Source: Candidatus Sericytochromatia bacterium
Lineage (GTDB): Bacteria > Cyanobacteriota > Sericytochromatia > S15B-MN24 > VGJW01
Length of the DNA: 64,000 nucleotides
Assembly: GCA_035285865.1 (NCBI GenBank)
Contig: JAYKHS010000030.1
Coordinates: 32,001-96,000, forward strand
Direction: 5' to 3'
Below, one piece after another: positions 1 to 9,393 of this stretch. Under the pieces are notes generated by a model that saw only the letters and a list, made by a program, of their open reading frames with translations, searched no databases and was not told the DNA's origin. Position 1 is the first letter of the stretch. Each line of letters begins with the position of its first letter. The translations under genes were made by a program, and so were the position numbers.

Positions 1-2
1 CC

Positions 3-755
3 GGGTTCACCGAGGCGGATCTTTCGAGCGTGCGCTTCTTCATTACCGGTGGAGCGCCGTGTCCCGTGCCGCTGATTCACCTCTACGACACCCGCGGCAT
101 CGTCTTCAAGCAGGGCTATGGCCTGACGGAGGCGGGCCCCAACTGCTTCACGCTGGATGCCCGGGATGCCGTCCGCAAGGCCGGTACCGTCGGGTTCCCC
201 AACATGCACGTGGAGATTCGCGTCGTCGACGAGGAGGGGCGCGACGTGCCTCGGGGTGATGTCGGGGAGTTGCTCATCCGCGGGCCCCATGTATTCCCGG
301 GCTATTGGCGCAACGAGCAGGCGACGCAGGCTGCCTTGCGGGATGGTTGGCTGCACACGGGCGATCTGGTCTGCCAGGACGACGAAGGCTACATGCGCAT
401 CGTCGATCGCAAGAAGGACATGTATATCTCCGGTGGCGAGAACGTCTATCCTGCCGAGGTGGAGCGGGTCCTGCTCCAGCACCCTGCCGTGCGCGAGGTG
501 GCCGTCATCGGGGTCCCTGACGCCAAGTGGGGTGAGGTCGGCCGGGCCTTCGTGGCGCTGGAGGCCGGGATGAAGGTGTCCGCGACCGAACTCGATGCGT
601 GGCTTTCGGGGCAACTGGCCCGCTACAAGGTGCCGCGCAGCTATGCCTTCCCGACGGCCCTGCCCCGCACCGCCACCGGCAAGGTCCACAAGCCCGGACT
701 CTCCGGCCTGGACCTCGAGTGCCACGTTGCCGATCGTCCCCGTACCCGCGCCTGA
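3..755 (+). CDS. Acyl-CoA synthetase / AMP-binding enzyme, C-terminal part (5' end outside window)
   Basis: GYGLTE, GWLHTGD, DRKKDMYISGGENVYPAEVE and PRTATGKV adenylate-forming motifs; frame open back to window start. Confidence 0.9.
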   Translation, partial: GFTEADLSSVRFFITGGAPCPVPLIHLYDTRGIVFKQGYGLTEAGPNCFTLDARDAVRKAGTVGFPNMHVEIRVVDEEGRDVPRGDVGELLIRGPHVFPGYWRNEQATQAALRDGWLHTGDLVCQDDEGYMRIVDRKKDMYISGGENVYPAEVERVLLQHPAVREVAVIGVPDAKWGEVGRAFVALEAGMKVSATELDAWLSGQLARYKVPRSYAFPTALPRTATGKVHKPGLSGLDLECHVADRPRTRA

Positions 756-782
756 AGCGCATCACGCAAGGAATCGTTCATC

Positions 783-1529
783 ATGACCACGCTCGCTTCC
801 CACGTTGCCCTCGTCACCGGCGGTGCCCGGGGCATCGGTCGTGCCACCGCAGCCGCCCTGGCCGGGGCCGGGGCCCGGGTTTCCGTCTGGGATCGGGATG
901 CCGCAGCCGTGGATGAGGCCGTTGCCGCCCTCGCCGCAGCCGGTCATGACGTCACCGGCATGGCCGTGGACGTCACGGACCGGACGTCGGTGCAGGAGGC
1001 CGTCGCGCGGCTTGCCGAGGCAGAGGGACGGCTCGACATCGTCGTCAACAATGCAGGCATCACCATGGATGCGCGCCTCGAGAAGATGACGGAAGCACAA
1101 TTCGATACGGTCATCGACGTCAATCTCAAGGGCGTGTTCAATGTGACGCAGGCGGCCATCGGGCCCATGATCACCGCAGGCAACGGGGGGGTCGTCCTCA
1201 ATGCGTCCAGCATCGTGGGTCGTTTCGGCAACTTCGGACAGACGAACTATGCGGCCACCAAGGCCGGAGTCATCGCGATGACGCAGACCTGGGCGCGCGA
1301 ACTTGCCAAGCATCGCATTCGCGTCAACGCCGTGGCCCCCGGTTTCGTCCTGACGGACATGACCGGGAAGATGCCCGAGAAGGTCCTCGGGATGATGGCA
1401 GACAAGACTCCGCTCGGCAGACTGGGAAGCCCCGAGGACATTGCGGCGGCCTACCTCTTCCTTGCGGGGCCCGGTGCGTCGTTCATCACGGGCCAGGTGC
1501 TCGGGGTCGATGGAGGACTGGTCCTGTGA
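783..1529 (+). CDS. fabG: 3-oxoacyl-ACP/CoA reductase (SDR)
   Basis: TGGARGIG, NNAGI, GNFGQTNYAATKAG, NAVAPGF motifs. Confidence 0.85.
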   Translation: MTTLASHVALVTGGARGIGRATAAALAGAGARVSVWDRDAAAVDEAVAALAAAGHDVTGMAVDVTDRTSVQEAVARLAEAEGRLDIVVNNAGITMDARLEKMTEAQFDTVIDVNLKGVFNVTQAAIGPMITAGNGGVVLNASSIVGRFGNFGQTNYAATKAGVIAMTQTWARELAKHRIRVNAVAPGFVLTDMTGKMPEKVLGMMADKTPLGRLGSPEDIAAAYLFLAGPGASFITGQVLGVDGGLVL

Positions 1530-2788
1530 CGACGGGCCTCGTCCCGGCCACGGTGCCGGCGGGCGGGCACGCCGCCCGATGGCTGGTCGAGGCACTCATG
1601 TTCCTGACCTATGCGGCCTTCGGTCTGTCATGGGTCGCGACGACGCCGCTGATGGCGGACCTCAAGGTCGCCTATGGGCTTACGGATGCCCAATTGGGCC
1701 TGCTGTCGACCGCCGTGTCGATCGGCAAGGTCGTGGCACCGCTGCTGACCGCCTGGCTGGCTTTGCGCGTCGGGGTCGCCCGTGCCATCGGCATCGGGTC
1801 GATCCTGATCTGCGCGTGTGCGTTGACGCCTCTGACGACGGAGTTCGGAGGCTTCCTCATCACCCGTTTCGTCTTCGGGCTGGGCGGGGCCATGGTCGTC
1901 ACGCTGCTGTCCCCGATGGTGATGCAATGGTTCGGTCACGCAGAACGGGCGCTGGTCAATTCGATCAACAACGTGGCCGTCAACACCGGCATCACCGTGA
2001 CCCTCTTCGCGACCGTTCCCTTGTCCGAAGCACTTGGCTGGCGTCGCACGCTCATGGTCTACGCCGCCGTCTCGCTGGCGCTGTGCTTGGCCTGGTGGCT
2101 CTTCGGCAAGGATGCCCCCGGCGAGGCCGCCCCCGGCGAGGCCGCCCCCTCGTCTCCGCAATCCGGCACGGCCGGGGATGAGGCTGCCCCGGGCTATGGC
2201 GACGTCTGGCGGCGCACCGAGACGTGGCTGGTCGCCCTCGCGTTCGCCGGTCCTCTGGCCCTGTACCTGTCGCTCAACACCTGGTTGCCCCGACACCTCA
2301 TGGAGACGGCCCACCTCACCAAGGCGACCGCGAGCCAATACACGGGCCTGTTCAACCTGGTCGGGATACCGACCGCACTCGTCATGGGCGTGCTGGTCCA
2401 GCGCGTCGGCCTGAGGCGTCCCTTCATCATCGCGGCTGGGGTGGTCATGGGCCTGGCTTCGCTCGCGCTGGTCTTTGGCGGCAGCCCTGTCTTCTGGTGG
2501 CCGGCGGCCATTCTGCTGGGAATTTCCTTCTTTACCTACACGGGACCGCTCTTCACCCTGCCGATGGAACTGGAGGGCTTCACGCCTCGGCACGTGACGC
2601 TGCTGATGGGGACAGTGTTCAGCTTTGCCTACACGGTCTCGTCCTTTGCCCCAGTGGCTGTCGGTTACCTTCGGGACCTGACGGACTCATTCCTGCCAGG
2701 GCTGGGCATGTGGTGCGTCTTCTCGTTCGTGTTGGCCGGTGCGGGGATGCTCCTGCCCGAGACAGGGCGAAGGACTGCGACGAACTGA
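1526..2788 (+). CDS. MFS transporter
   Basis: About 12 hydrophobic segments in 6+6 arrangement; GTGA overlap with upstream stop. Confidence 0.85.
   Translation: MTTGLVPATVPAGGHAARWLVEALMFLTYAAFGLSWVATTPLMADLKVAYGLTDAQLGLLSTAVSIGKVVAPLLTAWLALRVGVARAIGIGSILICACALTPLTTEFGGFLITRFVFGLGGAMVVTLLSPMVMQWFGHAERALVNSINNVAVNTGITVTLFATVPLSEALGWRRTLMVYAAVSLALCLAWWLFGKDAPGEAAPGEAAPSSPQSGTAGDEAAPGYGDVWRRTETWLVALAFAGPLALYLSLNTWLPRHLMETAHLTKATASQYTGLFNLVGIPTALVMGVLVQRVGLRRPFIIAAGVVMGLASLALVFGGSPVFWWPAAILLGISFFTYTGPLFTLPMELEGFTPRHVTLLMGTVFSFAYTVSSFAPVAVGYLRDLTDSFLPGLGMWCVFSFVLAGAGMLLPETGRRTATN
2114..2149 (+). repeat. 15-bp in-frame tandem repeat (GCCCCCGGCGAGGCC x2.4)
   Basis: Seen directly; encodes APGEA-APGEA-AP in the MFS central loop. 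Confidence 0.9.
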
Positions 2789-2824
2789 GCGTGGCCGGCT
2801 CAAGGGGCGCGCTTGTCCCAGCCA

Positions 2825-2852
2825 TGGCATACTAATGCAACATGCTTGCATT
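2825..2852 (+). promoter_or_regulatory. Extended -10 (TGgCATACT) followed by Zur-like palindrome AATGCAA-N5-TTGCATT
   Basis: Perfect 7-bp inverted repeat 2834-2852 in front of metal-uptake genes. Confidence 0.7.
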
Positions 2853-4107
2853 TATGCTGCCAGCTTTTCTGCTGGCCCAGACACCGGCTGCGCCGGATGC
2901 CGGGGCTGACCCTGAGCTGGAAGAGGCGCTGGGAGGGGACGCCCGAGTCCTGAAGGGGCGGACGGTTCCGGTCATGGCCGATCCGGCCGCCTCGGCCGAC
3001 CCTTCCGGGATGTCCGACGACGGCAGCGTAACGACCAGCCCCCTGATGCCGTGGCCTACGGGCCAGGGCGCTGGCGGCGGTGCTTCGGGCAATCCGGATC
3101 TGTCGTTCATCCTAGACGTGGCTGCGGCCATGTTCGATACGGAGCGCGGTCGCCAACTCGGGGCGCACGATCCGCGTGAGCCCGGCTTCAACCTGCAGCA
3201 ACTGGAACTTTCCATCGGCTCGGCCGTGGATCCATTTTCGCGCTTTGACGGCAATCTCGTCTTCTCGCCCTTCGGCGTCGAGATCGAAGAAGCCTATGCC
3301 ACCACAACGGCGTTGAGTTCGGGCCTGCAACTCAGGGCCGGACAGTTCCTGACGCGATTCGGGCGGTCCAATGCCACGCATCCCCACACGTGGGACTTCG
3401 TGGACCAGCCCTTGTGGATGGGCAAGTTCTTCGGCGGTGAAGGCAACCGGGGCCTCGGAGCCGAAGGCTCGGTCCTGCTGCCCTTGCCGTGGTACGTCGA
3501 GGCCGTCGCCTCCGTGACGGATGCGCGGGGTGCCGCGACGAACCGCACGTTCCTGGGCACCCGTCTCGAGCCACCGCGGTCGCCGTTGGACCTGCTGGCC
3601 GTCGGTGCCGTGAAGCAGTTCTTTCCGTTGGCACGTGACTGGTCGCTTTCGGCCGGCGTATCGGGTGCATCGGGCCCATCGGCCCTCGGTGCGCGGGATC
3701 GCGCCGATCTGCTGGGCACGGACGTGTACCTTCGGTATCGTCCGCTCGAGGCCGGAGATCCCACGGTCGTCACCCTGTTGCTTGAGGGGGCGCATCGTCG
3801 TCGCCAGGGGCCCGGCGTGCTGCTCGAGGATACGGGCTGGACGCTTGCCGGCGTCTGGCGTTTCGACTTCCGCTGGGGGGCTGGCCTGCGGTTGGAGCAG
3901 GTTTCGGGCCTGTCCTCGGATCCGCTCGACCCGTCGTGGACGGGGACGCGGCGTCGTCTGAGCGCCCAGTTGACGTTCTGGCCATCCGAATTCTCGCGGA
4001 TTCGCGGCCAACTGGCCCGTGACGAGGCCGTCGGCCTGCCGGTGAGCCACGCCGCCTTCCTCGCACTCGAGACCGTCGTGGGAGCGCACGGCTCCCACGC
4101 CTACTAG
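2842..4107 (+). CDS. Zinc-regulated outer-membrane beta-barrel protein
   Basis: Signal peptide, IEEAY, GRSNATHPHTW and C-terminal GAHGSHAY motifs seen in barrels encoded next to metal ABC transporters; alternative start 2854. Confidence 0.75.
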   Translation: MLAFMLPAFLLAQTPAAPDAGADPELEEALGGDARVLKGRTVPVMADPAASADPSGMSDDGSVTTSPLMPWPTGQGAGGGASGNPDLSFILDVAAAMFDTERGRQLGAHDPREPGFNLQQLELSIGSAVDPFSRFDGNLVFSPFGVEIEEAYATTTALSSGLQLRAGQFLTRFGRSNATHPHTWDFVDQPLWMGKFFGGEGNRGLGAEGSVLLPLPWYVEAVASVTDARGAATNRTFLGTRLEPPRSPLDLLAVGAVKQFFPLARDWSLSAGVSGASGPSALGARDRADLLGTDVYLRYRPLEAGDPTVVTLLLEGAHRRRQGPGVLLEDTGWTLAGVWRFDFRWGAGLRLEQVSGLSSDPLDPSWTGTRRRLSAQLTFWPSEFSRIRGQLARDEAVGLPVSHAAFLALETVVGAHGSHAY

Positions 4108-4117
4108 GAGACTTGCC

Positions 4118-5038
4118 ATGCGCCCCATGTCTCGCCTGTTGATCCTGCTGCTGGTCCTCGTGGCCGCGCGACCCGCCGAGGCGGCGCGGAGGGTCGCCGT
4201 CGTGGCGACGGTACCCGACGTCGGGGCCGTCGTCTCGGCCGTGGGCGGCGAGGACATCGCGCTGGTCGTCATGGCCGAACCGACGCAGGATGCGCACTTC
4301 GTCGATGCGCGACCCCATCTGGCGCTGCAACTGAGCAGGGCAGACCTGCTCGTGGCCATTGGTCTCGACCTCGAGGCCGGCTGGCTGCCGCGCCTGCAGG
4401 TCGGGGCCCGGCAAGCCGACATCCAGGTGGGCCGCATGGGCTACCTCGAGGTCGGTCCCTTCGCCCAGTTGCTCGAGATCCCGCGGATGCGCATGGACCG
4501 GTCGTTCGGGGATGTCCACGCCAGCGGCAATCCGCATGTGCTGCTGGATCCGCGCAACGCCGGACGGATTGCCATCGGCGTGGCAGACCGTCTTGCGCGG
4601 CTTGATCCCGAACGTGCCCAGGCTTATCGGGACCGTGCCCGCCGATTCAGGACCGAGGCCGAGAAGGTCGCGGCAGCGTGGCAGGCCCGCGCACGCGACA
4701 TCCCGGCGGCCCGGCGCAAGATGGTGACCTACCATCGCTCGCTGAGCTATCTTGCGAACTGGCTGTCCATCGAAGTCGTGGACACGCTCGAGCCTCAGCC
4801 GGGCATCGCGCCGACCCCGGCCCACATCAAGGACGTGCTGGTCCGGATTCCGGCTCTGGGCGTCCCGCTCATCGCGCAGGAGCCATGGTACCCCGAGCGC
4901 GTGGCCGACCTCGTGGCCAAGCGTGCAGGCATTCGCCGCGTGACGCTGCCCGTGCTCGAGGAGCCGACGCGATCGGGTGCCTACCTTGCGTGGATCGAGG
5001 CCACGGCCCGGATGGTCTGCGGAGGGCTGGCACCCTGA
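4118..5038 (+). CDS. Zn/Mn ABC transporter substrate-binding protein (ZnuA-like)
   Basis: QDAHF, DVHASGNPHVLLDP, TYHRS His ligands; AGGAG RBS. Confidence 0.88.
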   Translation: MRPMSRLLILLLVLVAARPAEAARRVAVVATVPDVGAVVSAVGGEDIALVVMAEPTQDAHFVDARPHLALQLSRADLLVAIGLDLEAGWLPRLQVGARQADIQVGRMGYLEVGPFAQLLEIPRMRMDRSFGDVHASGNPHVLLDPRNAGRIAIGVADRLARLDPERAQAYRDRARRFRTEAEKVAAAWQARARDIPAARRKMVTYHRSLSYLANWLSIEVVDTLEPQPGIAPTPAHIKDVLVRIPALGVPLIAQEPWYPERVADLVAKRAGIRRVTLPVLEEPTRSGAYLAWIEATARMVCGGLAP

Positions 5039-5904
5039 TGAACCGGATTGCGGGTTTCCTGCCGGTGTTGCTGGCTGGATGTGCCTCGGTTCCGGGGCAG
5101 GGCTTCGGGACGGTCGCGGATGCCACGCTGGTCGTGCGGTGGCAGGGGCAGGGCCGCGCGCCAGTGGCCGAGCCGACCACCTGGTTGACGGCCGGCCATC
5201 GCTTCCGGATTGCCGATCGGGGGCTGAGGCTGAGAACCGGCCCGCTGGTGCTCGAAGGGACTGGCGGTTCGACGACGTCGACGGGGCCTGCCGCGGCCTT
5301 CGATCCTGCTCGACCGCCCACCGGCTTTACCCTATGCCACAACGGGCACTGTCATGCGACGGATGGTCGCCTCGTGCCCTACGAGCAGGTCCCGCTCGAG
5401 TTGGCCCGGAACTCGGGCAGCCTCGTCACGACGCCCTTCATGAGCCTGCTGCCTGCAGGTTCGGGGTCGGGCGTGGGCCCCGGTGCCCCGGAATCCGCGA
5501 CTCCCTTTTCCTGCGTCGGATGTGCCATGCCGGAGGGGCAACTGCTGTCTGTCGCCCTGCCTATCGCCGAGGTGACGCTCGAAGGTTCCCTGACCAGCCG
5601 CGATCCGGGTGCCCCGCTCGTCGGGGGTGCACGTGCCTTCGCCGTGGCGCTGACCGATCCCGGTCTGACGCTCCGGGATGTCGCCCCGCTCACGTTGCGC
5701 TGGGCGCGTCCCGAGAGAATCCGGGTCGAAGCGACGCTCTCCGTTCCGGAGGCCCTGCTCGATGGCCTGCCGTGGGAACGGCTCGCCGCAGACCAGCCTG
5801 CCGGAACCCTGGCACCCGGGGCGGATGCGGCCTCTCGCGAGGCGCTTTTGGCCGCACTCGCCCTGTCCCGACTCTCGGTCCGCTACAGTTCCCCCACCCC
5901 CTGA
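5038..5904 (+). CDS. Hypothetical lipoprotein with CHNGHCH motif
   Basis: TGATG coupling; lipobox LLAGC; PPTGFTLCHNGHCH and CVGC motifs. Confidence 0.7.
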   Translation: MNRIAGFLPVLLAGCASVPGQGFGTVADATLVVRWQGQGRAPVAEPTTWLTAGHRFRIADRGLRLRTGPLVLEGTGGSTTSTGPAAAFDPARPPTGFTLCHNGHCHATDGRLVPYEQVPLELARNSGSLVTTPFMSLLPAGSGSGVGPGAPESATPFSCVGCAMPEGQLLSVALPIAEVTLEGSLTSRDPGAPLVGGARAFAVALTDPGLTLRDVAPLTLRWARPERIRVEATLSVPEALLDGLPWERLAADQPAGTLAPGADAASREALLAALALSRLSVRYSSPTP

Positions 5905-5924
5905 AAACCCGAGGAGTTTTCACC

Positions 5925-6500
5925 GTGCAGAACCTGAGTCTCCACTTGGCATGGCCCCTGTTGGCCGTGGCCGCCGTAGCCTGCTCTCCCGCGGCAACGG
6001 GGCCTGCCGCCACACCGTCTCCTGCCGCCAGCGCGACGGCGTCTCCTGTCGCCACGCCCAGCCCTGCGCCCACCCAGCCCACCTACCAGACAGCCTATGC
6101 CGATGGTTGCGAACATCTCGGAGAGGTGGCCTCGGTGCCGCTTTCCGCAGGGGCCAGCCGGGATGCTGCGGTCACGGCTCCCGTCGGGCATGACCGCCTG
6201 CTCGTGACGATGCCGGCTGCGCGGGAAGGTTGGTTCCGTCTGTCTCCGGCCCATGAGGGGCAGGTCTTCATCTTCACGTCCGAGCCTGCGACGTTCTCCG
6301 TCCGTACCGTAGAGACCGGACGAGCGGTAACCGTCGTGCCCGTGGTTTCCCCGGGAGCGGCGACGTGCCCGGACATGAAGGCCGCCGCGCGCTTTCCGTG
6401 GTCGCTGGCGGATGGGAAGATGGACCTGCAGCTTCTCGCGCCCGTCGCCACCTTGTCGCTGGTGGTCTTCGACGAGACGCCGGAAGCAGAAGAGGAATAG
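5925..6500 (+). CDS. Hypothetical lipoprotein (Pro/Thr linker, GCEH motif)
   Basis: GAGGAG RBS + GTG; lipobox AVAC; PSPA-rich linker. Confidence 0.7.
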   Translation: MQNLSLHLAWPLLAVAAVACSPAATGPAATPSPAASATASPVATPSPAPTQPTYQTAYADGCEHLGEVASVPLSAGASRDAAVTAPVGHDRLLVTMPAAREGWFRLSPAHEGQVFIFTSEPATFSVRTVETGRAVTVVPVVSPGAATCPDMKAAARFPWSLADGKMDLQLLAPVATLSLVVFDETPEAEEE

Positions 6501-6535
6501 TGGGTTCGAGCGGGCATCCGGATTCCGGTTCGCCG

Positions 6536-7267
6536 ATGATCAAGGCCGAGGGCCTGGTCATCGGCCGTTCCGCTCGTGCTCTCCTGCCGCCCATCGATCT
6601 GGTCCTCGAGCGGGGGCGGGCGCTGGGAGTCCTCGGGCGGAACGGTTCGGGCAAGAGCACGCTTCTGGCCACTCTGCTCGGCTTGTTGCCGCCTGTCTCG
6701 GGGCAGGTTCGCCGGCAGGCCTCGCGTCTTGCCTGGGTGCCGCAGCGGTCGCCACTGGCGCCTGATCTGCCCTTGCGGGCCGCAGACGTCGTGGCCCTCG
6801 GCTTCGGACATCGGACGGCCTGGGAGCGCTGGCGTCAGCGTGCTGAGGTCCGGACCCGGATCGCGGAGGTCCTCTCCGTGCTGGGCATCCCGGATGTCCG
6901 GGATACCTCGTTCCACGCGCTTTCCGAAGGGCAGCGCCAGCGTGTCCTCCTGGCACAGGCCCTGGTGGTCCCCCCAGACCTGATGGTGCTCGACGAGCCC
7001 ACCGCCGCGATGGACGGGATGGCCGAACAGGTCGTGCTCGACGCGCTCGACACGCTGCGGCGCAGCCATGGCACGGCCGTGATCCTCGTGTCCCACCGGA
7101 TTTCCAGCGTGATGGCCCGGATGGACCAGGTGTTGTGGCTGGACCGGGAGCCGCCCCGCATCTGGCTGGGCCCACCCGAGCGCCTCGAGGCCCAGCCGGG
7201 CGTGTCCGAGGTGCTGCGGCTGGCGACAGGTCCGCTTCCCGAGCCGGGAGGCTGGGAGCCGCGATGA
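6536..7267 (+). CDS. Metal ABC transporter ATP-binding protein (ZnuC-like)
   Basis: GRNGSGKST, WVPQ, LSEGQRQR, VLDEP, VSH; could start at GTG 6500. Confidence 0.88.
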   Translation: MIKAEGLVIGRSARALLPPIDLVLERGRALGVLGRNGSGKSTLLATLLGLLPPVSGQVRRQASRLAWVPQRSPLAPDLPLRAADVVALGFGHRTAWERWRQRAEVRTRIAEVLSVLGIPDVRDTSFHALSEGQRQRVLLAQALVVPPDLMVLDEPTAAMDGMAEQVVLDALDTLRRSHGTAVILVSHRISSVMARMDQVLWLDREPPRIWLGPPERLEAQPGVSEVLRLATGPLPEPGGWEPR

Positions 7268-8073
7268 ACGCGCTGCAAGAGCTCTGGACCCTGTTTCGCG
7301 ATCCGCTGTTGACCTCGGCGCTGCTCGGGATGGCACTCGGCCTGCTGGGCGTGCATCTCGTGGCCCGTCGTCTCGTGTTCGTCTCCGCGGCTCTGACGCA
7401 GGTCGCGACGATGGCCGTGGCCCTCTCGTTCCTTGCGGGTGTCCTGCCGGGACTTCCCGGTCCGCGCTGGTTCGCCCTTCTGGCCACGCTCGTGGCCTTC
7501 CGCCTCTTGCTGGCGTGGACGGGAGGCGGATCGCGCGAAGGCAAGCTGGCCTGGGTCCAGCTGATGTCCGGGGCGGTCGCCATCGCCATCGGCACACGGC
7601 TCGCCCGGGAACGTCACGACCTCGATGCGCTGCTGTTCGGGACCGGCGTGCTCGTGGCCCCGGAGGATCTCGTCTGGGGCGCCGTGGTGGCGGCCATCGT
7701 CGTGCTGCCGACGTGGTGGCTGGCTCCTTCCGTGCTGGCGATGTCGGCCGACCCGCGCGGGGCTCGCTTGCGCGGATTGCCTGCAGGACGTCTCGAGTGG
7801 CTGTTCGTCGGACAGGTGGCGCTTGCCGTGGCGGTCGGCACGCGGGTACTGGGCGCCATGCCCGTGCTGGCGCTGGGCGTCTTGCCGGCGTTGGCAGCCG
7901 GTCGGCTGGTGCGTGGGCCGGTTGCGGCCCTCGGATTGGCGGGCCTTCTGGGTGCCGTGGTGGGTGTTGCAGGCTATGCCGCGGCTTATGCGCTCGACTT
8001 GCCGGTCGGTGCCAGCCAGACCCTGCTGGCGGGTCTGCTGGTCCTGATGGCCACGCTCGTCCGCCGTCCCTGA
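7264..8073 (+). CDS. Metal ABC transporter permease (ZnuB-like)
   Basis: ATGA overlap; multi-TM, LLFG and DLPVGA motifs. Confidence 0.85.
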   Translation: MNALQELWTLFRDPLLTSALLGMALGLLGVHLVARRLVFVSAALTQVATMAVALSFLAGVLPGLPGPRWFALLATLVAFRLLLAWTGGGSREGKLAWVQLMSGAVAIAIGTRLARERHDLDALLFGTGVLVAPEDLVWGAVVAAIVVLPTWWLAPSVLAMSADPRGARLRGLPAGRLEWLFVGQVALAVAVGTRVLGAMPVLALGVLPALAAGRLVRGPVAALGLAGLLGAVVGVAGYAAAYALDLPVGASQTLLAGLLVLMATLVRRP

Positions 8074-8136
8074 ACGGACGTGTCCCGGGGCCGCGGATGT
8101 GGCCATGGGCTGCCACAGGGTATAAGGGGAGGACTT

Positions 8137-9393
8137 ATGGCCACCTTTTCACTCTGGCTCGTCCTGGTCGTCGTCGTGCTCGTGCTGCAGGGCCTCGGTC
8201 TTCTGGTCGGCCTCGCCGGCGGCGCCACGGTGCAGTCCGTGCCCTTGCTTGCCTGGTTGGTGCCTCCCGTCGTGGCGGCCCTCGCCGCGCTCGCCGGCAC
8301 GTGGCTCTTCCGCCAGCGTTGGGAGCGCGCGGCGCAGCGCCTTGCCGACCAGCTTCACGCCATGGCCGAGGGTGACCTGAAGCCGGTCGATCACGGTCGT
8401 CTGCCTCCGGGCTTGTCCGAGGTGGCCAGCCAACTTGGCGAGACGCGTGCCGGGTTGGTGCAGTTCGTTCACGAGGCACATGGGGCCTCCGGAACGCTCG
8501 TGCGCCTGCAGGAGGAGCTTCACGGCGTCTCCGAGCGGGGCTCGCGCGGTGCGCGCGGCCTGTCCGGGCAGTCCCAGCGCGTGCTCGAGATGGTGGTCAA
8601 GCAGGCGGAGCTGATTCGCGAGACCATCGCCAGCCTGATGGCCTTCGAGGCCGTGATCCAGTCAGCCGAGCGACACGCGGTGAATGCCGAACAGTTGTAT
8701 CGCCGGACCCACGACACGGTGACCCAGGGCAAGGAGTCGCTCGACAAGCTGCTGGACGCCATTGCCGACCTGCGCAACTCGGTTCATCGATCGACTGATG
8801 GCGTCGTCGAACTGTCCCGCGAGGTGCTCTCGATCGGGGACATCGTCCAGACGGTCCACAACATCGCCAAGAAGACCAACCTGCTGGCCATCAATGCCGG
8901 CATCGCGGCGGCCCAGGCCGGCGAGAAGGGTCAGGGCTTCGCCATCATCGCCGATGAGATTCGCTCCCTGGCGACGCAGACGTCGAGTGCGCTCGCGAGC
9001 ATCCAGGACATCCTGCTGCGGGTCCAGGGGCGTACCAAGGAGGTTGCTTCCGCGATCGGCGTGGGGACACGCAAGGTCTCCGAGGGCGAGACGGCCGCGA
9101 AGGATGCCGGCCGCGCCATTGCCGAGACCCGGACGGCCATGGGGCGGTCAACCGACCAGGTCACCGAGATCCTCAAGGCCACGGCGCAGATCCGCAGCGC
9201 ATCGGATCGCTTGGTCGAGACATTGACCATCATGTCGAACCTGTCCGAAGAGACCCAGAAGGGAACCAAGCAGATGGCCTCTCAGGGAGACGATCAGGTT
9301 CGGGCCCTTGCCGAGGTCAGTGGCGCCGTGGGTGCGCTCGCCGGACAGGCGCGCAGCCTCGAGAAGCTCATCGGACGCTTCCAGCGTGCCTAG
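8137..9393 (+). CDS. Methyl-accepting chemotaxis protein, two TM helices, no periplasmic sensor domain
   Basis: TNLLAINAGIAAAQAGEKGQGFAIIADEIRSLA hairpin; HAMP-like segment; GGAGG RBS. Confidence 0.85.
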   Translation: MATFSLWLVLVVVVLVLQGLGLLVGLAGGATVQSVPLLAWLVPPVVAALAALAGTWLFRQRWERAAQRLADQLHAMAEGDLKPVDHGRLPPGLSEVASQLGETRAGLVQFVHEAHGASGTLVRLQEELHGVSERGSRGARGLSGQSQRVLEMVVKQAELIRETIASLMAFEAVIQSAERHAVNAEQLYRRTHDTVTQGKESLDKLLDAIADLRNSVHRSTDGVVELSREVLSIGDIVQTVHNIAKKTNLLAINAGIAAAQAGEKGQGFAIIADEIRSLATQTSSALASIQDILLRVQGRTKEVASAIGVGTRKVSEGETAAKDAGRAIAETRTAMGRSTDQVTEILKATAQIRSASDRLVETLTIMSNLSEETQKGTKQMASQGDDQVRALAEVSGAVGALAGQARSLEKLIGRFQRA

